Part shown: positions 14,559 to 28,362 of the stretch, piece by piece
Numbering within the stretch: position 1 is the first letter of the stretch
Layout of the letters: every line of letters begins with the position of its first letter
Assembly (NCBI GenBank): GCA_964016885.1
Contig: CAXHJY010001579.1
Coordinates: 1 to 64,000, forward strand
Direction of reading: 5' to 3'
Length of the DNA: 64,000 nucleotides
From: Eledone cirrhosa
Taxonomy: Eukaryota
Made by a program: the position numbers and the translations under genes
Notes under the pieces: model-generated
The model's database searches: none
The model's input: only the letters and a program-made list of their open reading frames with translations
Told to the model about the DNA's origin: nothing

Positions 14559-15210
14559 CTATGTTAGCTTTAGTTCAAGTAGATATAGTAGTGACAAAGT
14601 TCAATCCCACATAATTCATATGTCCAAGCATGCTATTATTGGTTTCAGTCATTAGATTGTGACCATGCTGGGGAACTGCCTTGAAGGACTTTAGTCAACT
14701 CTCAGTGCTTTTTAAAAAAAAATCTGGTACTTATTTTATACATGGAAAAAAAAAAAAAAATGAAATTCACATCTCACACACACTCCACTTATACAATGGG
14801 CTTCTGCACAGTTTTTGCCTACCAAATTTCATTTACCAGGCATTGGTTAACCAAAGGCTTTGGTAGGCAATTGCTCAAGGTGTAATGTAGTATAATTGGA
14901 TCTGTAACCTCGTGATTGTGAAGTAAATTCCTTAACCTCTGTTTCTAAAAGAATATATTTTAAAATGTATAGGCATCCTAAATATAGAAAATAAGTGTAA
15001 TCACAGTCAATCACTCTAAATAAGAGCTTAGAAAAGTGGGTATGGAGAATTAGACTCTGTATCTCAAATTCCAACTGAGTGGTCTAACCATTGAGCTAAA
15101 CAATATTTTAAAACATTCTGGTTTTGCCAGTCCTTCACTAATTTTTCTGAGACATAAAACTTCATCTCTCAGCATTATAATTTTCATGATTTCAATAACA
15201 TGTTACTTAC

Positions 15211-15274
15211 AACCAGCCTCATAACTTGGTCTTTTGTCTTTAGTGATTATGTGGTGTATTTGGTTGAGAAGGTT
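15211..15274 (-). CDS. Candidate internal coding exon of an unidentified host gene
   Basis: Pyrimidine-rich acceptor (TTCTAACACTCTCTAG), GTAAGT donor, single open frame NLLNQIHHIITKDKRPSYEAG. Confidence 0.35.
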
Positions 15275-15639
15275 CTAGAGAGTGTTAGAATAAAATAAAT
15301 TGTGAATGTATATACAGATGGTTGTGTGTATCACCATGGTGACTTTAAAGGACATTTTGGGCTGTAGCAGAATGGCTATTCTGGAGTGTATGGTGGCTAT
15401 CCATATAGGTTGAAGAATGAACAGAGATCAAGACTCCAAGAATTCTCTTATGCAAATTGTAAACTGACCTACCACTGACCACTTACTAATCAGGCAAACA
15501 TAAACAGATAGTTACGAATACTAAGTCTTTTTTCAGAGTTGTTTGTAAGATATATTGAAATGTGTGTATTGTTTTGAGAATATAGTGTTGACAATTTGAC
15601 AACTTTATAATTCTAGCAACTGTAGCTGCTTCACTGCTG

Positions 15640-15945
15640 TTGATGTTACAGCTCACACCTGTGTATGTTTAGCCAACCACAAAGGAGGTCTCTTGGGTGT
15701 TTTCATGACAGGGCCTCAGTCCTATCATGTTATTACTGCTCGCACCTGTGTATGTTTAGCCAACCACAAAGGTCTCTTGGGTGTTTTCATGACAGGGCCT
15801 CAGTCTTATCATGTTATTACAGCTCACATTTGTGTTTTAATGACAGAGGCCCTAGTCCTATCATGTTGTTACAACTCAGACCTGGATATGTTTACTCAAC
15901 ATCATAGGTCTCTTGGGTAATTTAATGATAATGGTCCCAGTCTCA
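15640..15945. repeat. Imperfect tandem repeat (~85-bp unit, 3-4 copies)
   Basis: Repeated ACAGCTCACACCTGTGTATGTTTAGCC..GGTCTCTTGGGTGTTTTCATGACAGGGCCTCAGTCCTATCATG; related dispersed copies near 13.95, 26.6 and 35.85 kb. Confidence 0.75.
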
Positions 15946-15983
15946 TACTAGCGTAGCGTCAGCAGAAGGAATTTTAGCAAATA

Positions 15984-17141
15984 CTAGCAGTGTATCCCGG
16001 CGTTGCACGGGTAAGAACATTGGTAATAGCACCTCCAATGAGAAACTTTTATTTATGAGTGCCTGTTAAAAACTCACGAAAATATACCGACAGGAAACGT
16101 TTTATTTTGAGAAAATTAAGAAGTTGAAAGTACAGTTTAGCTGTCTACGTGCATTGTTCATAGAAATATTGTTGAGCCCCTTATTTTCATACTCCTGTTT
16201 TGGCCTATAGGAGTAAATGTGAAAGAGAAAGTCACAGGTTAAGTTGGCAGAAAGTTCCAGTACAATAGCAATAAGGCGTAGGCTACTTACCTCAACATTT
16301 CATTCGCACTCTTTCCAATTAAGTTACTCTTTCTCTCTATCCCCCTCGGTGCAGTCCCTTGCGAATTTCTCGCGTAGGCCTGGTGTATATTTGCACCCGA
16401 TCCATCTGCTGATGCACATGTCCACTTTGTACGGCTTTTGGAGGAAGGAGTGACCAGCAGTATGTTGTTCGGTATTATTACGAAAAAGTGTAGCAGAGAA
16501 TCCCGCGTGAACTAACAGCTCGGGAGGAAACTGCTTACCTCGAAGATTCATTCGCCATCATTCTTGTCAACGCTCCGTTTAGTTGGTATTTGTTGGTCTA
16601 CAGTTAGATGAATGGCGCACAAAGAGTTAATGTTTATTGGCAAGAAGTGGCAACTGGGCTGACTTGCCTCGCTTATATTATATATTAAAATAACAGATTA
16701 AAGTTTAAGCAAAGAATCGCTGCTTTCACCCTTAACGGGTCTTCTGAAACTAAAAAAATCAATCTGTGAATGCAGAAGTAAATATTTCGAAAAACGTTGC
16801 AACCAAAGGAAAACAGGATGACGATACTTTGGTTTGTGAAGACGTTCCCTGGCAATGAACGGAAAATAGCGAACATAATACGTCATAATGTTGTAATGCA
16901 GACAACCAGACATACAGACAGATATTATAAGAGCGCGACTGAGATCGATAACCGGCGCCTAACGCCCCTTTAACAACAGAAAATTGAAAAATAAAAGCTG
17001 CAGTTAATATCTTTAGACCGCAAGGAATATATAAATGCAAGTTTGAAGTCAATCGGAGTAGAAATGTGGATTTGTATAGACTTTTCAAAAATGAAGACAC
17101 ACACACTCACAGACAACTACAGTTTTATATATATGTATAGA
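15984..17141 (-). mobile_element. Non-autonomous Helitron
   Basis: On the minus strand: 5' TCTATAC..ATAAAACTGTAGTTGTCTG, 3' hairpin CCCGTGCAACGCCGGG then CTAG; inserted between A and T with no TSD. Confidence 0.82.
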
Positions 17142-17699
17142 TAACCCATTCATTAAGAAATTTTAAATAAAATACATTGTGAATTAATTGATGAAGAATT
17201 TGAAGGGATTTACTTAAATCATTAGTTATTTCAAAAGCTACTTATATCAAATTATGTTGGAAGATAATTTAAATAGGAACTTTTTTAGAAATGGGTGGTT
17301 GTTTCATGGAACCAGTTGTGGTTTGGGCAGGCAGGCTGGTATCAAAAGAGTTACACATCAAAAACGTTTTCAGGTCTTCTGTGTTACAAACATGACTTGT
17401 TGATTTAGTAAGACTGACTTTTGAATCAAGCATTGCTAACGAGATTGATTTTTCAGAGTGCTTATTACACTACTGTTCATAAACCGTTGTTTTATGGACA
17501 GAAGGAATATTTTGGTTTCTTTGCCTAATTTTAACAAATCTATGTTTGTAGATTACACACACACGATGGTCGGTTGAAAAGTTTGTAAGGTGACCCAGAT
17601 ATTCTCATGGAATGACCAAATTAGGTCTATTTTTTCAACATAGTCCCTGGAAAGAAACTATGCAGTTATTATTAAGAGTTGAAATTAATGCATGCAAGA

Positions 17700-18230
17700 T
17701 TTCATTGCTCGAGCTAAATGTAATTAAATGTAGCAAAGCGTTTTGTGCAGCGTATTAATGATTCTGCCAATCCACCACCCTTTAAATGATGGTTCCTGAT
17801 TTAGGCACAAGGCCAACAATTTGGTGAGAGGGGAAAGTTGATTAATTTGACCCCAATGCATTACTGGTACTTTATTTTATTGACCCTGTAAAGATCACAA
17901 AGCTAGCCTCAGCAGGATTTGAACAGAATGTAAAGGGGCGTAACTATATGCCACAAAGCATGTCCAACATTCTGCCAATCCACCACCCTTTAAATAATGG
18001 TTTCTGATTTAGGCACAAGTCCAAGAATTTTAGGGGAGGGGAAAGTCAATTAAATCGACCCCAGTGCATTACTGGTACTTTATTTTATTGAACCCATAAG
18101 GATGAAAAGTAACGCTAACTTTGACAGGATTTGAACTCAGAGCATATTGGGACGTAACTATATGCTGCAAAGCATGTTGACCAATGCTTTCCTGATATTG
18201 CCAAACCAACAACTTACCACCCTTTAAATA
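17700..18230 (-). mobile_element. Head-to-tail tRNA-derived SINE copies (Nin-domain-like)
   Basis: Reverse complements of the SINE at 37378, joined through a recurring CCCTTTAAAT(A/G)AT. Confidence 0.7.
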
Positions 18231-18778
18231 ATAACTTGAGAATCTGACAAACAGACAAAAAAGCTGTACTCTAGGTCCTGAGTTCAATGCAATTGCATGG
18301 CATTTTGGGCCAGTGAAATGTATCTTAGCTTCAGATTAAGCCATACCTTGTGAGTGAAATTCAAATTCAGTTGTCAGAAAATGTTGAAGTTCATCATATG
18401 TACTCTATCTGTATTAAAGAGAATTTCATTAAACGTACATGTGTCTGTAGAATGTTCTGTCAGTTACAGTTGGTCATTGATACCAAAAGAGGTTCAGTAA
18501 CTAAATATGTAATCTCCTTATAATATATAACCAGCAATTTCTCTGTCTGTCTGTCCGACAGTGGAAACACGTGCGCGCGTGGTTGCTATCTCTCTCTCTC
18601 CAGCTATCCAGCTTTTAGTCTGTCTGTTTCTTTCACTCTCACTCTTTGTAACACACTAACATTCCTCCCCTCTATCGCTGTGACGAATGGGGAGATGGAG
18701 GAGGAGAGAGTCACTTCATCACTTCACCTCTGCCTTTCTTTCTCTCCCCTCTCACTCCCTCATTACGTACAGACATTA

Positions 18779-18970
18779 GGGCGGTGGATTGGCAGAATCT
18801 GTAGAGAGTCGGACACCATGCTTCATAGCATGGAGTTACGTCCCTTTACGGTCTGAGTTCAAATACCTCCGAGGTTAACTTTGCCTTTCGTCCTCACGGG
18901 GTCGATAAAATAAAGTACCAGTAATGTACTGGGTAATTGCTTGCCTTGTGCCAAAAGTAGAAACAATTAT
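18779..18970 (+). mobile_element. tRNA-derived SINE (Nin-domain-like core)
   Basis: A box TGGCAGAATCTGTAG, B box GAGTTCAAATAC, core CTTTGCCTTTCGTCCTCACGGGGTCGATAAAATAAAGTACCAG. Confidence 0.8.
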
Positions 18971-19189
18971 TAGAAACATTGCTTCATTTTTACATATCTA
19001 AGCATTAGTAAAATAACTAATAATTTCAAAAGTAATTTTTCAATTCCAATTGTTATGAACAGCAAAACATTAATAATAATTTTGTTCTAAGAAATATATA
19101 TACATTTCTGTGTGTGTAATATATATATACACACACAGAAATATATATATATATATACACACAGAAATATATATACATTTCTGTGTGTG

Positions 19190-19240
<51 letters not shown>

Positions 19241-20495
19241 GAAATATATGGGCATTTCTCTGTTTGTCTGTCTGTCTTTCCCTAAAACTCAAATGTAGGT
19301 GCTACAGAAATATTACCTTCCCCTTCCTTTCTCCACTTTGGTACTACCAAGAGAAACACTGTCGCTATAGAAACATTACCTTCCCCTCTCCACTGACTTT
19401 GGTCACTGAGGCCGAAGGAATCGCTGGTTGCTATAGAGACACCTTGCACAAGCCAGAAGTAACCAGTTCGAGGCGGTTCTGACTTGACACCATGTCAAGG
19501 ACCATTTGAAGATATATTTCCATCATTATATCATAACGTTTATATTTCCGTCACTAATCTCTTTTTCTCCTTTTTCGTTTTAACATATATTTATTTCAAA
19601 GATTTCACCGTATAGATAACATATATATTTATACATGCATAAAAGACACACCGAGAGACGGTGAACGTGTGGTGCCGAAAACATTTCTCATCCAAATCTC
19701 AACAATATCAGTATATACACTTGATTTGCTAGCAGAAAACCGCCCACCGGGTGGTTTTCTGCTAGTCTATATATATAAAACTGAGGATGTCTGTCTGTGT
19801 GTCTGTTTCCCTAAAACTCGAGAAGTACCCAACCGTTTTTTTTTTCAAACTTTACACATGTAACCCGTATGGCCCCGGAAGTGTTTTGAGCAAAAAAAAA
19901 TTTCAAATTATTCTGACCTAGGGATCGAATTAGTGAAGTGGCCAATGTCTGTACATAATGAGGGAGTGAGAGGGGAGAGAAAGAAACGGAGAAGCGAAGT
20001 GAAGAAGTGGCTCTCTACTCCTCCTCCTTCTCCCCATTCGTCACAGCGTTTTTCGATAGATTTAATATTATTTATTTTGAGAACAATACCTTAACCCTTT
20101 AGTATTAATGTGAGTGAGTTATAAAGAGAAAGAGTGAGAGTGAAAGAAACAGACACAGTAATTAACACGTGTGCGTGCGCGTGTGTGTTGGCGCAGGGTT
20201 CCATTATGAGTTAAATCTATTAACATGTGTGTGTGTGAGTTTGCGTGCGTTTCTGCGTTTGCGTGCTTCAGTGTGTGTGTGTGTGTGTACTTGCGTGTGG
20301 CGTTTCATTTACGCCAATTTTGTCACTGACAACATATTCACTAACTTACACTCATTCCAACCGCTGCTCTTACTGTTACCCCTCTCCCTATCCATACCCC
20401 GTTCGGAAATCACATGCATCGGTTTTTAATTCACTGACGAATTTACTCCTTACTCTACCAGTGAGTTTCAGTGTACTTCGTACTGCTTTTAGGTC

Positions 20496-21000
20496 ATGCC
20501 TCGAAGGAAGAGATACTCCATTGGCCGAAAAACTGCCAAAGCAGCAACAACACGAACAGGGCAGGCAAACGAATCGTCAGTGGAATCTGCTATTCGACGG
20601 TCGCAAGATGCTAAACGTACTGCCACCAGAAGAGCACTTGAAACAGACGATTAACGAACCATTCGCCGAACCGCCAATGCCGCATCAACTTCTGTTGTAC
20701 GAGCTGCCGAGACGGACGACCAGCGTAAAAGACGTCGGAGTACGGATTCTGCAAATACTGCTGCTGTGCGAGCTACACAGACCTCGCAAGAATGAGACAT
20801 TCGACTACAATGTAATGCTCAACGAAGGGCCTTTGGACAGGGTATTTCAAGGCCGTGTAGCTCACGATGGTCCTTGAAAGCATTCGAGTACAACCCTGAC
20901 TTTGATTACAGTGGCCATCCAGATATGCGAATTGGGAGTATGTCAAAGACGTGCTCTTTCTGCAATGCTAAAAAGTGGCCCGGAGAAACACCTGGCTTGT
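20496..21000 (+). pseudogene. Helitron RepHel N-terminal fragment (zinc-finger-like region)
   Basis: MPRRKR.. ending AFEYNPDFDYSGHPDMRIGSMSKTCSFCNAKKWPGETPGL, a typical RepHel N-terminal motif; internal stops; cut by the next Helitron 5' end. Confidence 0.8.
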
Positions 21001-21165
21001 CTATATATATATAAAACTGAGGATGTCTGTCTGTGTGTGTGTGAGTTTGAATCCCTAAAACTAGAGAAGCACCCAACCGGCTGTTTTCAAACTTTACACA
21101 TGTAATACTTATGTTTCAGGGAGTGTTCTGAGAAAAAGAAATTTCAAATTTTCAATGCTCTAGGT

Positions 21166-21260
21166 GAAAGACTAAGAATTATAGAGAGAAATCGCTAAAT
21201 CGCCTGATGCGGTCCGCATCAGGCGATTTAGCGATTTCTCTCTATAATTCTTAGTCTTTC
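21166..21260. repeat. Perfect palindrome with 47-bp arms and a 1-nt spacer
   Basis: GAAAGACTAAG...GATGCGG T CCGCATC...CTTAGTCTTTC. Confidence 0.95.
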
Positions 21261-24200
21261 TCTTTTTAGATAGATACATACATATAACGTTGCACCCTTA
21301 TAATATATGTCTGGCTGTCTGCATTACGTCACTTCCTACAATTCGCTCTGCGTCCAGAACGCGCCCTTATAATATCTGTCTGTATGCCTGGCTGTATGCT
21401 GCCTCCGGTTATTCTGCCACCCTTGCTGAAGACAAATCTCACACTCATTCCTCAAACAGTTGGTAAGTGCACACAACTTCTTCCTCACTTTTTAAGCCAC
21501 AGTGTTACTTCTTTCCCAGCCGTGGTTGTGGCAATACTAAGCTTAGCTAAGGCGGTTATATATTTCACAATACTTTAACTCGTGCAACGCCGGGTACCAC
21601 TGCTAGTTCTTATATAAAATTATGTTGGAAGATTTTTTTTTTTTAAATTGGTGATTTTGTTTCAAAGAACCAAAACTGGTTTTGGCTGGTTTAGTATCAA
21701 GAGTTGAAGTGTTTATATTTATCAAAAAATCTTTCATCATAATTTCGTTTGAGTTATGTTTCAAACACCAGATTAATAATAATAAAGTTAGTTATGTTAC
21801 TAAATACTTTTAAATTCTTTATTTTCAAAATTATTCAAAAATGATAGTTTTTCATTAGAAATATGGTAGCAAAATTTCATCAGACTGAAATAAAGGGGCT
21901 GGCTATCTATGTTGTAAAGGTTCTCCAAATAAATTTGTTTGCTCTCATAAATAACATGCAAAGTTCCCAGGGACTCGATGCAAGCTTAGTCTGCCCCTCG
22001 CTAAATTTCTTGTGTCAATATAGCTTTTACAGTAATGAGGAAATTGGTGTGTTGTAGTGTCCAGTATCAGCTTGTTTACCTGGGTATTCTTACTTAAGTG
22101 TTCGGGTTGGCCTTGTTTTTCAAGTAGCTAAAAGCTAAATATTTCACTGATTCAACACTCCCATTTTCAGATAAATATCTATGAATTAGAAACAATACCA
22201 TATTACATCATAATACACACAGGACATTAACCCATTTATCACCATATTTCTAATTAAAAACAGGGGGGGGGGGGGGGGGCGAAACCCCGACTTCACAGCC
22301 AAACTATGTCTTGCTTCATAATCCAATGCCCAAGTCAATTATCGTTGATCATAATTCACAAGCAAAATCAGTGTGACACGGTATGCGACAAGGTTGGACT
22401 TTTGAATTATAGGTACAGTCTGTCTTGTATTATAGTGTACGTGGCTGAGTATTCCACAGACATGTGTACTCGTAACCATAATTCACAAACTAAATCAGTG
22501 TGACACAGTATGTCCATTGAATTTTCAGGTACAGTCCTCCAGACAAGCTTCATTTCAAACAGTTTCCGTTTACCCAATTTTATTGACAAAGCTAGGGTAA
22601 AGACACTTGCCCAATGTGCCACTCGACCATGCGTGTGTCCCATATAAAAAAAACATTCATCCTACCGGGATACCGGCAATCCTTCGATTTGGGTAGACGT
22701 TCCATGCTTATTGACTACGAAAATAAAAATGAAAGCAAGCCATATATGTATTAGTTTGTTCTTATATCAGTTTTGTTACTACGCGCCTATCATCATCATC
22801 ATCATCATCATCATCATATATCGCCTTTCGATTACTAGAAATAATTACAAAAACAAGATCACACGACTCCAGATGCGTCTACCTAATACGAAGGATCGCT
22901 GAAATAGCAATTGCTGTATGTGTGAGCTTTTATATTTATAGTGAAAGACATTCCATTAACCCCCCCATAACTGACTGAGCTGATTTAACAAACAAGGAAG
23001 CTTGGTGAGATTATGAAAAATCCCGCTTTGTAGGTAGCTATCGTGTCGTTGGAACGGCCTATAATAGTGTCTAGCGTCCCGCCAATTATTGCAAGGTGTT
23101 GGTTGGTTGGTGGGTGTGTCTACTATATGTACATATACACACACACCTGCACAGATAAAGTACAGGTTAACCGCCACTTCGTGAATGTTTTATATAAATT
23201 ATACACATTGATTATATAAGCATGTAAACATGTCAAATTTACACCTTTCGCTGTAGGGCACAGTTTAATGTGTGTATATATATAATATATATATGTGTGT
23301 GTGTGTGTCTATGTCTACACACGCACACTCATATTTATCTGAATATAGATGTGAATATAAATTAGAGGGAAAAATAAATCACCATCGCTTGAGGGTTGAA
23401 CGTCGTTTCTGTCTGTTAATACCAAATTCCATTAACATTTATTGCTAAACTGTTTACCAAACCATTATTTATTTGGTCGCAAAGAAATCATTGTTATACT
23501 CGCCATTAGCTGCTTACTTCGCTTTTTTCCACTTCTCTCTTTCAATGATATACATATATTAAATGGTTTGATGGAAACACATACACATATATAAAGTAAG
23601 GAGCAGGAACGAAGTATCAATATAACATCAGTATAATTTATTTATGTTACGCGCGTTGCGCAATCGATCAGCTCAAGATACAATCAGTAGTGATCGGGCC
23701 CGACTCTGTAATATATATATAAAATATTCTTTTACTAGTTTCAGTCATATTTTGTTGTGCTGGGACATTACCTTAATTTAATCGATCATATCAAGCTTAG
23801 TACATTTTTTCAAGTCTTGTATTTATTTGATCGATTTCTTCTTTGTCGAACTGCTAAGTTATGTGACATAAACACAAACGTAAACATAGACACGACGGGA
23901 ACACACACATATACAGAAACACATTTGCAGTTTCCGCTTGCAAAATTCCACTTGTAAGGCATTATATATATTTATATAAATAAATTATTTATTAAATGAA
24001 ATAACGTGTTTTATTATGAAGTGCTCCATTCTTTATAATCATTCAAACTCCGTTTATGATCACAGTCGTCGATGCATGTTGCCGAAATTTCGATTGCTGC
24101 TTTGGTGAGGTGGGGTATGATTATTCAGAATCCAAGGGATATTTCAGACAATCGATCTAAATTATTTATTATTATTGTTTTTATTTATATATTAAATTAT

Positions 24201-24644
24201 TATATATTATGTTATTAATAAAGGAACCATTATTTACTATTACATATATGCGTTTGTAATTAACAAAAACAATTCACCGAAAATGTGTATCGTTTTTTAA
24301 AAATATTTTATAGAACAATAAATTATGATTTTACCAACGATCTCTTTATTTTAAATTGAATTTATTAGCTTTTAGTGCTAAACAATCCGGAGGAGAAATA
24401 GTCAACATTTTTTTAATTATTACCAAAGGATATGAAAAAGATGTTCTGGTCTGTTATAGTTGGTGATGGTTGATACTTCACTAGTGGTCATAGTAGTGGT
24501 AACTGATTGCAGCAGTAGTGCCAGTGTTATATATATATATATATATATATCCACATCCACATCCACACACACATCTTCACTACTAGTAGTAGTAGTAGTG
24601 GTATTAGTGTTGGTGGTCGTAGTAACGTGCGAAATTGAACATTG

Positions 24645-24675
<31 letters not shown>

Positions 24676-25126
24676 ATATATAACGCTTCAGAAATAGATG
24701 TCGTAATTGTGGTGGTGTTTTAAGTTTCTTTATCTAATATCTTCCGAATATCTTCGTAACTAAGTTGTTGTTGTTGTTATTATTATTACAAGTCAATCAT
24801 ACCTATGTGATATCGAGAATCAACTGGTGGAATTCGTCTATTTTCACCTCGTTGCAATTTTTGTAGCCACTTTCAAGAAGTGTATGTGTATATATATGTG
24901 TGTGTGTATGTATACCAACAACAATCTGTTGTAGCCCTATATCTATGACAATTTAACCTTTTATTATTCATATATAATATTAGGTCTTTCGCATCTTCCA
25001 TACATTTTTTTTTTATTTCTTCACACATTCACTCCTTCTTTCCTCCTCCCCTTCTCACAAAGAGCCTATTTAAAAACCATACTCTACCAACCAATGTGTA
25101 GTGTACTGTTGTTATTGCTGCTACTT

Positions 25127-25160
<34 letters not shown>

Positions 25161-25582
25161 ACCTAACCTTCTCTTCAGTATACTATAATATACGTTTCAT
25201 TTCAAAGCGAAATCTCTTTAGCTATACATACACCCGTGTGTATATAGATTTGTAGAAGAGGAATAAATATTGGATGTCTGGATGTCTTTATGAACAATTT
25301 CCATGTGCCATACTGGAGTTTTCTTTCCGTTTCCCCACATAGTTTTCTTAAAACCCACGTCTCTCGCTCTCACACAAACGCACACACTCTCTCTCTCACT
25401 GTCTCGCACCTGATCGACGAAAAACCATTTGACCAGTGATACCTACATTGCCATTCATTAATTAATAATCGTCTTTGCCCTTATTTTACCTGACTGCCCG
25501 TCTTCCCCAACCTTAAATATTTTCGAATATAACATAATACACCACAGAATTTTTTTTGGAAGTTAGTTAATTACCAATTTCC

Positions 25583-25645
25583 ATGGAAACGTTTTATAGA
25601 ACAGATAGTATTGATAGCCAAGGACGTTCCAAGCGACCTCGAACT
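25583..25645 (+). CDS. Candidate first coding exon (METFYRTDSIDSQGRSKRPRT)
   Basis: CCATGG start context, open frame and phase-0 GTAAGT donor in non-repetitive DNA. Confidence 0.3.
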
Positions 25646-27384
25646 GTAAGTACACGCTGCTTCCTATTGATTCCTTCTTTTTCTTCTTTCTTTTTTTTTA
25701 TCATTCTTTATTTCATTTCCTCTTTTCATTAATAATATATATATATACATACACACACATTATATATATATATATATAGATCCTTCGTCGGTGTAGACGA
25801 CGAGTGTTCCAGTTGATACGATCTATAATCGTAGTTCGTAGGGAGATTCAACTTGGAGGAACGTGAAATAAAGTGCCTTGCTCAAGGACACAACTTACCG
25901 CTGAAATCGAACTCATGTGAGCCGAACACCTTAACAACTAAACTACGCGGTTTCAACACACACACAAACACAGTATTGACGGTCACGAGAGTGAGTACTT
26001 AATACAACAGTAAAGATATAAGCTTGAGTTTTGTTGTTATCGAGTCGAATTTCTTCCTTGTACTCACAGGGCCGTTAAACCCTATGAGTACAGATTAACA
26101 AGACTGAAGCTTGGCCTTAATGAAGAATGTATGTTTGTGTATATATATGATATACTTATAAATGTGTGTGTGTATATATTCGGGTGGGGTCTGCCCTATT
26201 GCAGCTTCAACTTCGATATATACTTTGTGTGTGTGTTTTTATATAAACACAAAAACACATATATACACATGTGTATGCGTGAATTTTTTTTTCATACAGC
26301 TTGCACTAACCGCCGACTGGATCACAAACATTTCGGCCCCCCTTGAAAACACATATGTACACACATTTTACCTACTTTTAACATACCGATACACCAAAGA
26401 AAGCTAATGTATCTTAACCACATCCCTCTTTAATTAATCTCTTATATAACGTAACAAACATATTTATGTCACCAAGTAGTCGTCCTTCATTTAATATAGT
26501 ATTGACACAGCTCTCAAGTATGTGTTTGTGAAATTTACAGTTCACACGTATGTAAATCTAGCTGGCCTCCTACGTGGTTGTATCTGAGGAGATAATAGGG
26601 GCCCCAGTTCTATCATGTTGTTAACAGCTCACTGCTCTGTATGTTCAGCTCGTCTCTTACGATGTATTTCATAAGAGGTTTATTGTGTATTTTAATGAAA
26701 AGGGCCCAGTCCTATAATAATGTTTCTGCGTATGTGTACACACACACACGACTGATGAGTTAATATCATAAATAATACTTAAGGTCCCCGATAACATTTC
26801 CAGCCTGGGACCCCATTCAAGATTATTCCGTTCCCGATTAAATAACTCAAACTATTGGCATATTGTTTGTGTGTATGTATATCGAAATATTTTAGCAATT
26901 TGTACAGTAATGTTGGAGCACTAATGTGTGTCCTGAAGTATACATATGTCGAGGTGAAATTGCTGAGTTGGAAGAGCAAATATTTAATGGACGAGACAAG
27001 ATACATCATAGTGTTGTGGGTTATATGGCGCTTTGCATGGAGTTTGTTGTGTCTAGGGATCTCATTTGAACACACAACTAGTGATATGTGGAGGTTAGGG
27101 GATGCATAGTTGAGTCTTTGTAAGTCTTTCTCTACTCGGAGTTTCTCGTTACGAACTCAGGATCTATCTACATACATACATACATGTGTGTGCAGGCATA
27201 CGTACGTACATACATACATACATGTGTGTGCATGCATATATTCATACATATTCTATACACACACAGGTATTATATACTTTATATTATATATATATTCTAA
27301 TTATTGTGTGTGTACATACACACATACAGGGTTCCCAAAAATGTATACACATTTATTAGAATATTGTTGAAGTGTGTATATATA

Positions 27385-27760
27385 ACGTTTAACTTAATCT
27401 AGCATGGGTTGGACGAGCTGTCATTATGAATTTAACCAGGTCAGGTGACCACGTCTTGTTCACACTGATCTGTATTTGGTTTGGTTTTGGCTGGATGCCC
27501 TTCCTAATGCCAACCACATTACACAATGTATTGAGAGCTTTTCTCGAGGCACCATCACTGCCATTTTACAGGACTCAACGACACCCACCCAACAGGGTGA
27601 ACTGGATGCTTTTTTTTGTCGTACCAGCACGACCACCTTTCAGAGTGGACTGGGTGCTTTTTTGTGCCACATTTCAGGGTGGACTGGTTGCCTTTTTTAT
27701 CGTGGCAACAGCACGACCACCTCACGGAGTGAGTGTTTTTTGTTTACCAGCACTTTGGGG
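27385..27760 (-). mobile_element. RTE-tailed SINE-like repeat with internal ~45-bp subrepeats
   Basis: GGATGCCCTTCCTAATGCCAACCAC motif, repeated GGACTGGGTGCTTTTTT..CCAGCACGACCAC, and an RTE-like 3' end. Confidence 0.6.
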
Positions 27761-28179
27761 GAGCAGGTGTGGAGCCTGTCTAGTTTTTCTAAGTGTGCAT
27801 TCATGGATTGGTCGGGGGAAAATGTATCAGGGGTATATGGGGGAGTACACCGACATTAAATATCTACCACCTCCTCATGCTCGCCAGGGCCGGGCAGACT
27901 GTTACGCCGAGTAACTACATTCGCTTTTGTTTGGGCTTGGTCACTCCGATCGGGTGCCATGCCTAGTTTTCCTTGTTGGCTTTAGGTCTTTATATATTGG
28001 TATGGGTTGCGCTGGACAGCGAGGGAGAGGATGAAAGTGCGGTTGGAGTAAGGGCTGCTTTTCCATGTTGAATGAGTGTGGCGGGAGTTGTTGGATGTGG
28101 AAGGTGGAGATGGAAGTGGGTACAAGAGGTCTGAGGTGGATATGTATTTATATATATATCGTGTGTATATATATTATAT

Positions 28180-28362
28180 GTGGATTGGCAATATCAGTAG
28201 AGCGTCAGACACCTTGCTTTTAGCATGGAGTTATGGCCTTTTATGTTCTGAGTTCAAATCCCGCCGAGGTTAACTTCACCTTTCATACTTACGAAGTCGA
28301 TAAAATAAAGTACCAGTAATGCACTGGGTAATTGCTGGCCTTGTGCTAAAAGTAGAAACAAT
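28180..28362 (+). mobile_element. tRNA-derived SINE (Nin-domain-like)
   Basis: Same family as 37378-37567. Confidence 0.8.

Larger units (their letters stand above)
19230..21606 (+). mobile_element. Composite/tandem Helitron cluster
   Basis: Hairpin plus CTAG end at ~19765; repeated 5' ends TCTATATATATAAAACTGAGGATG at 19766 and 21000; 3' end CTCGTGCAACGCCGGGTACCACTGCTAG at ~21606; left boundary approximate. Confidence 0.75.

Noticed and set aside
20245-20877. 210-aa ORF in the Helitron
   Set aside because: Off-frame relative to the RepHel remnant, which is in the frame starting at 20496.
26752-26790. CTGATGA motifs here and at ~14246
   Set aside because: No stem II, GAAA and stem III arrangement follows.
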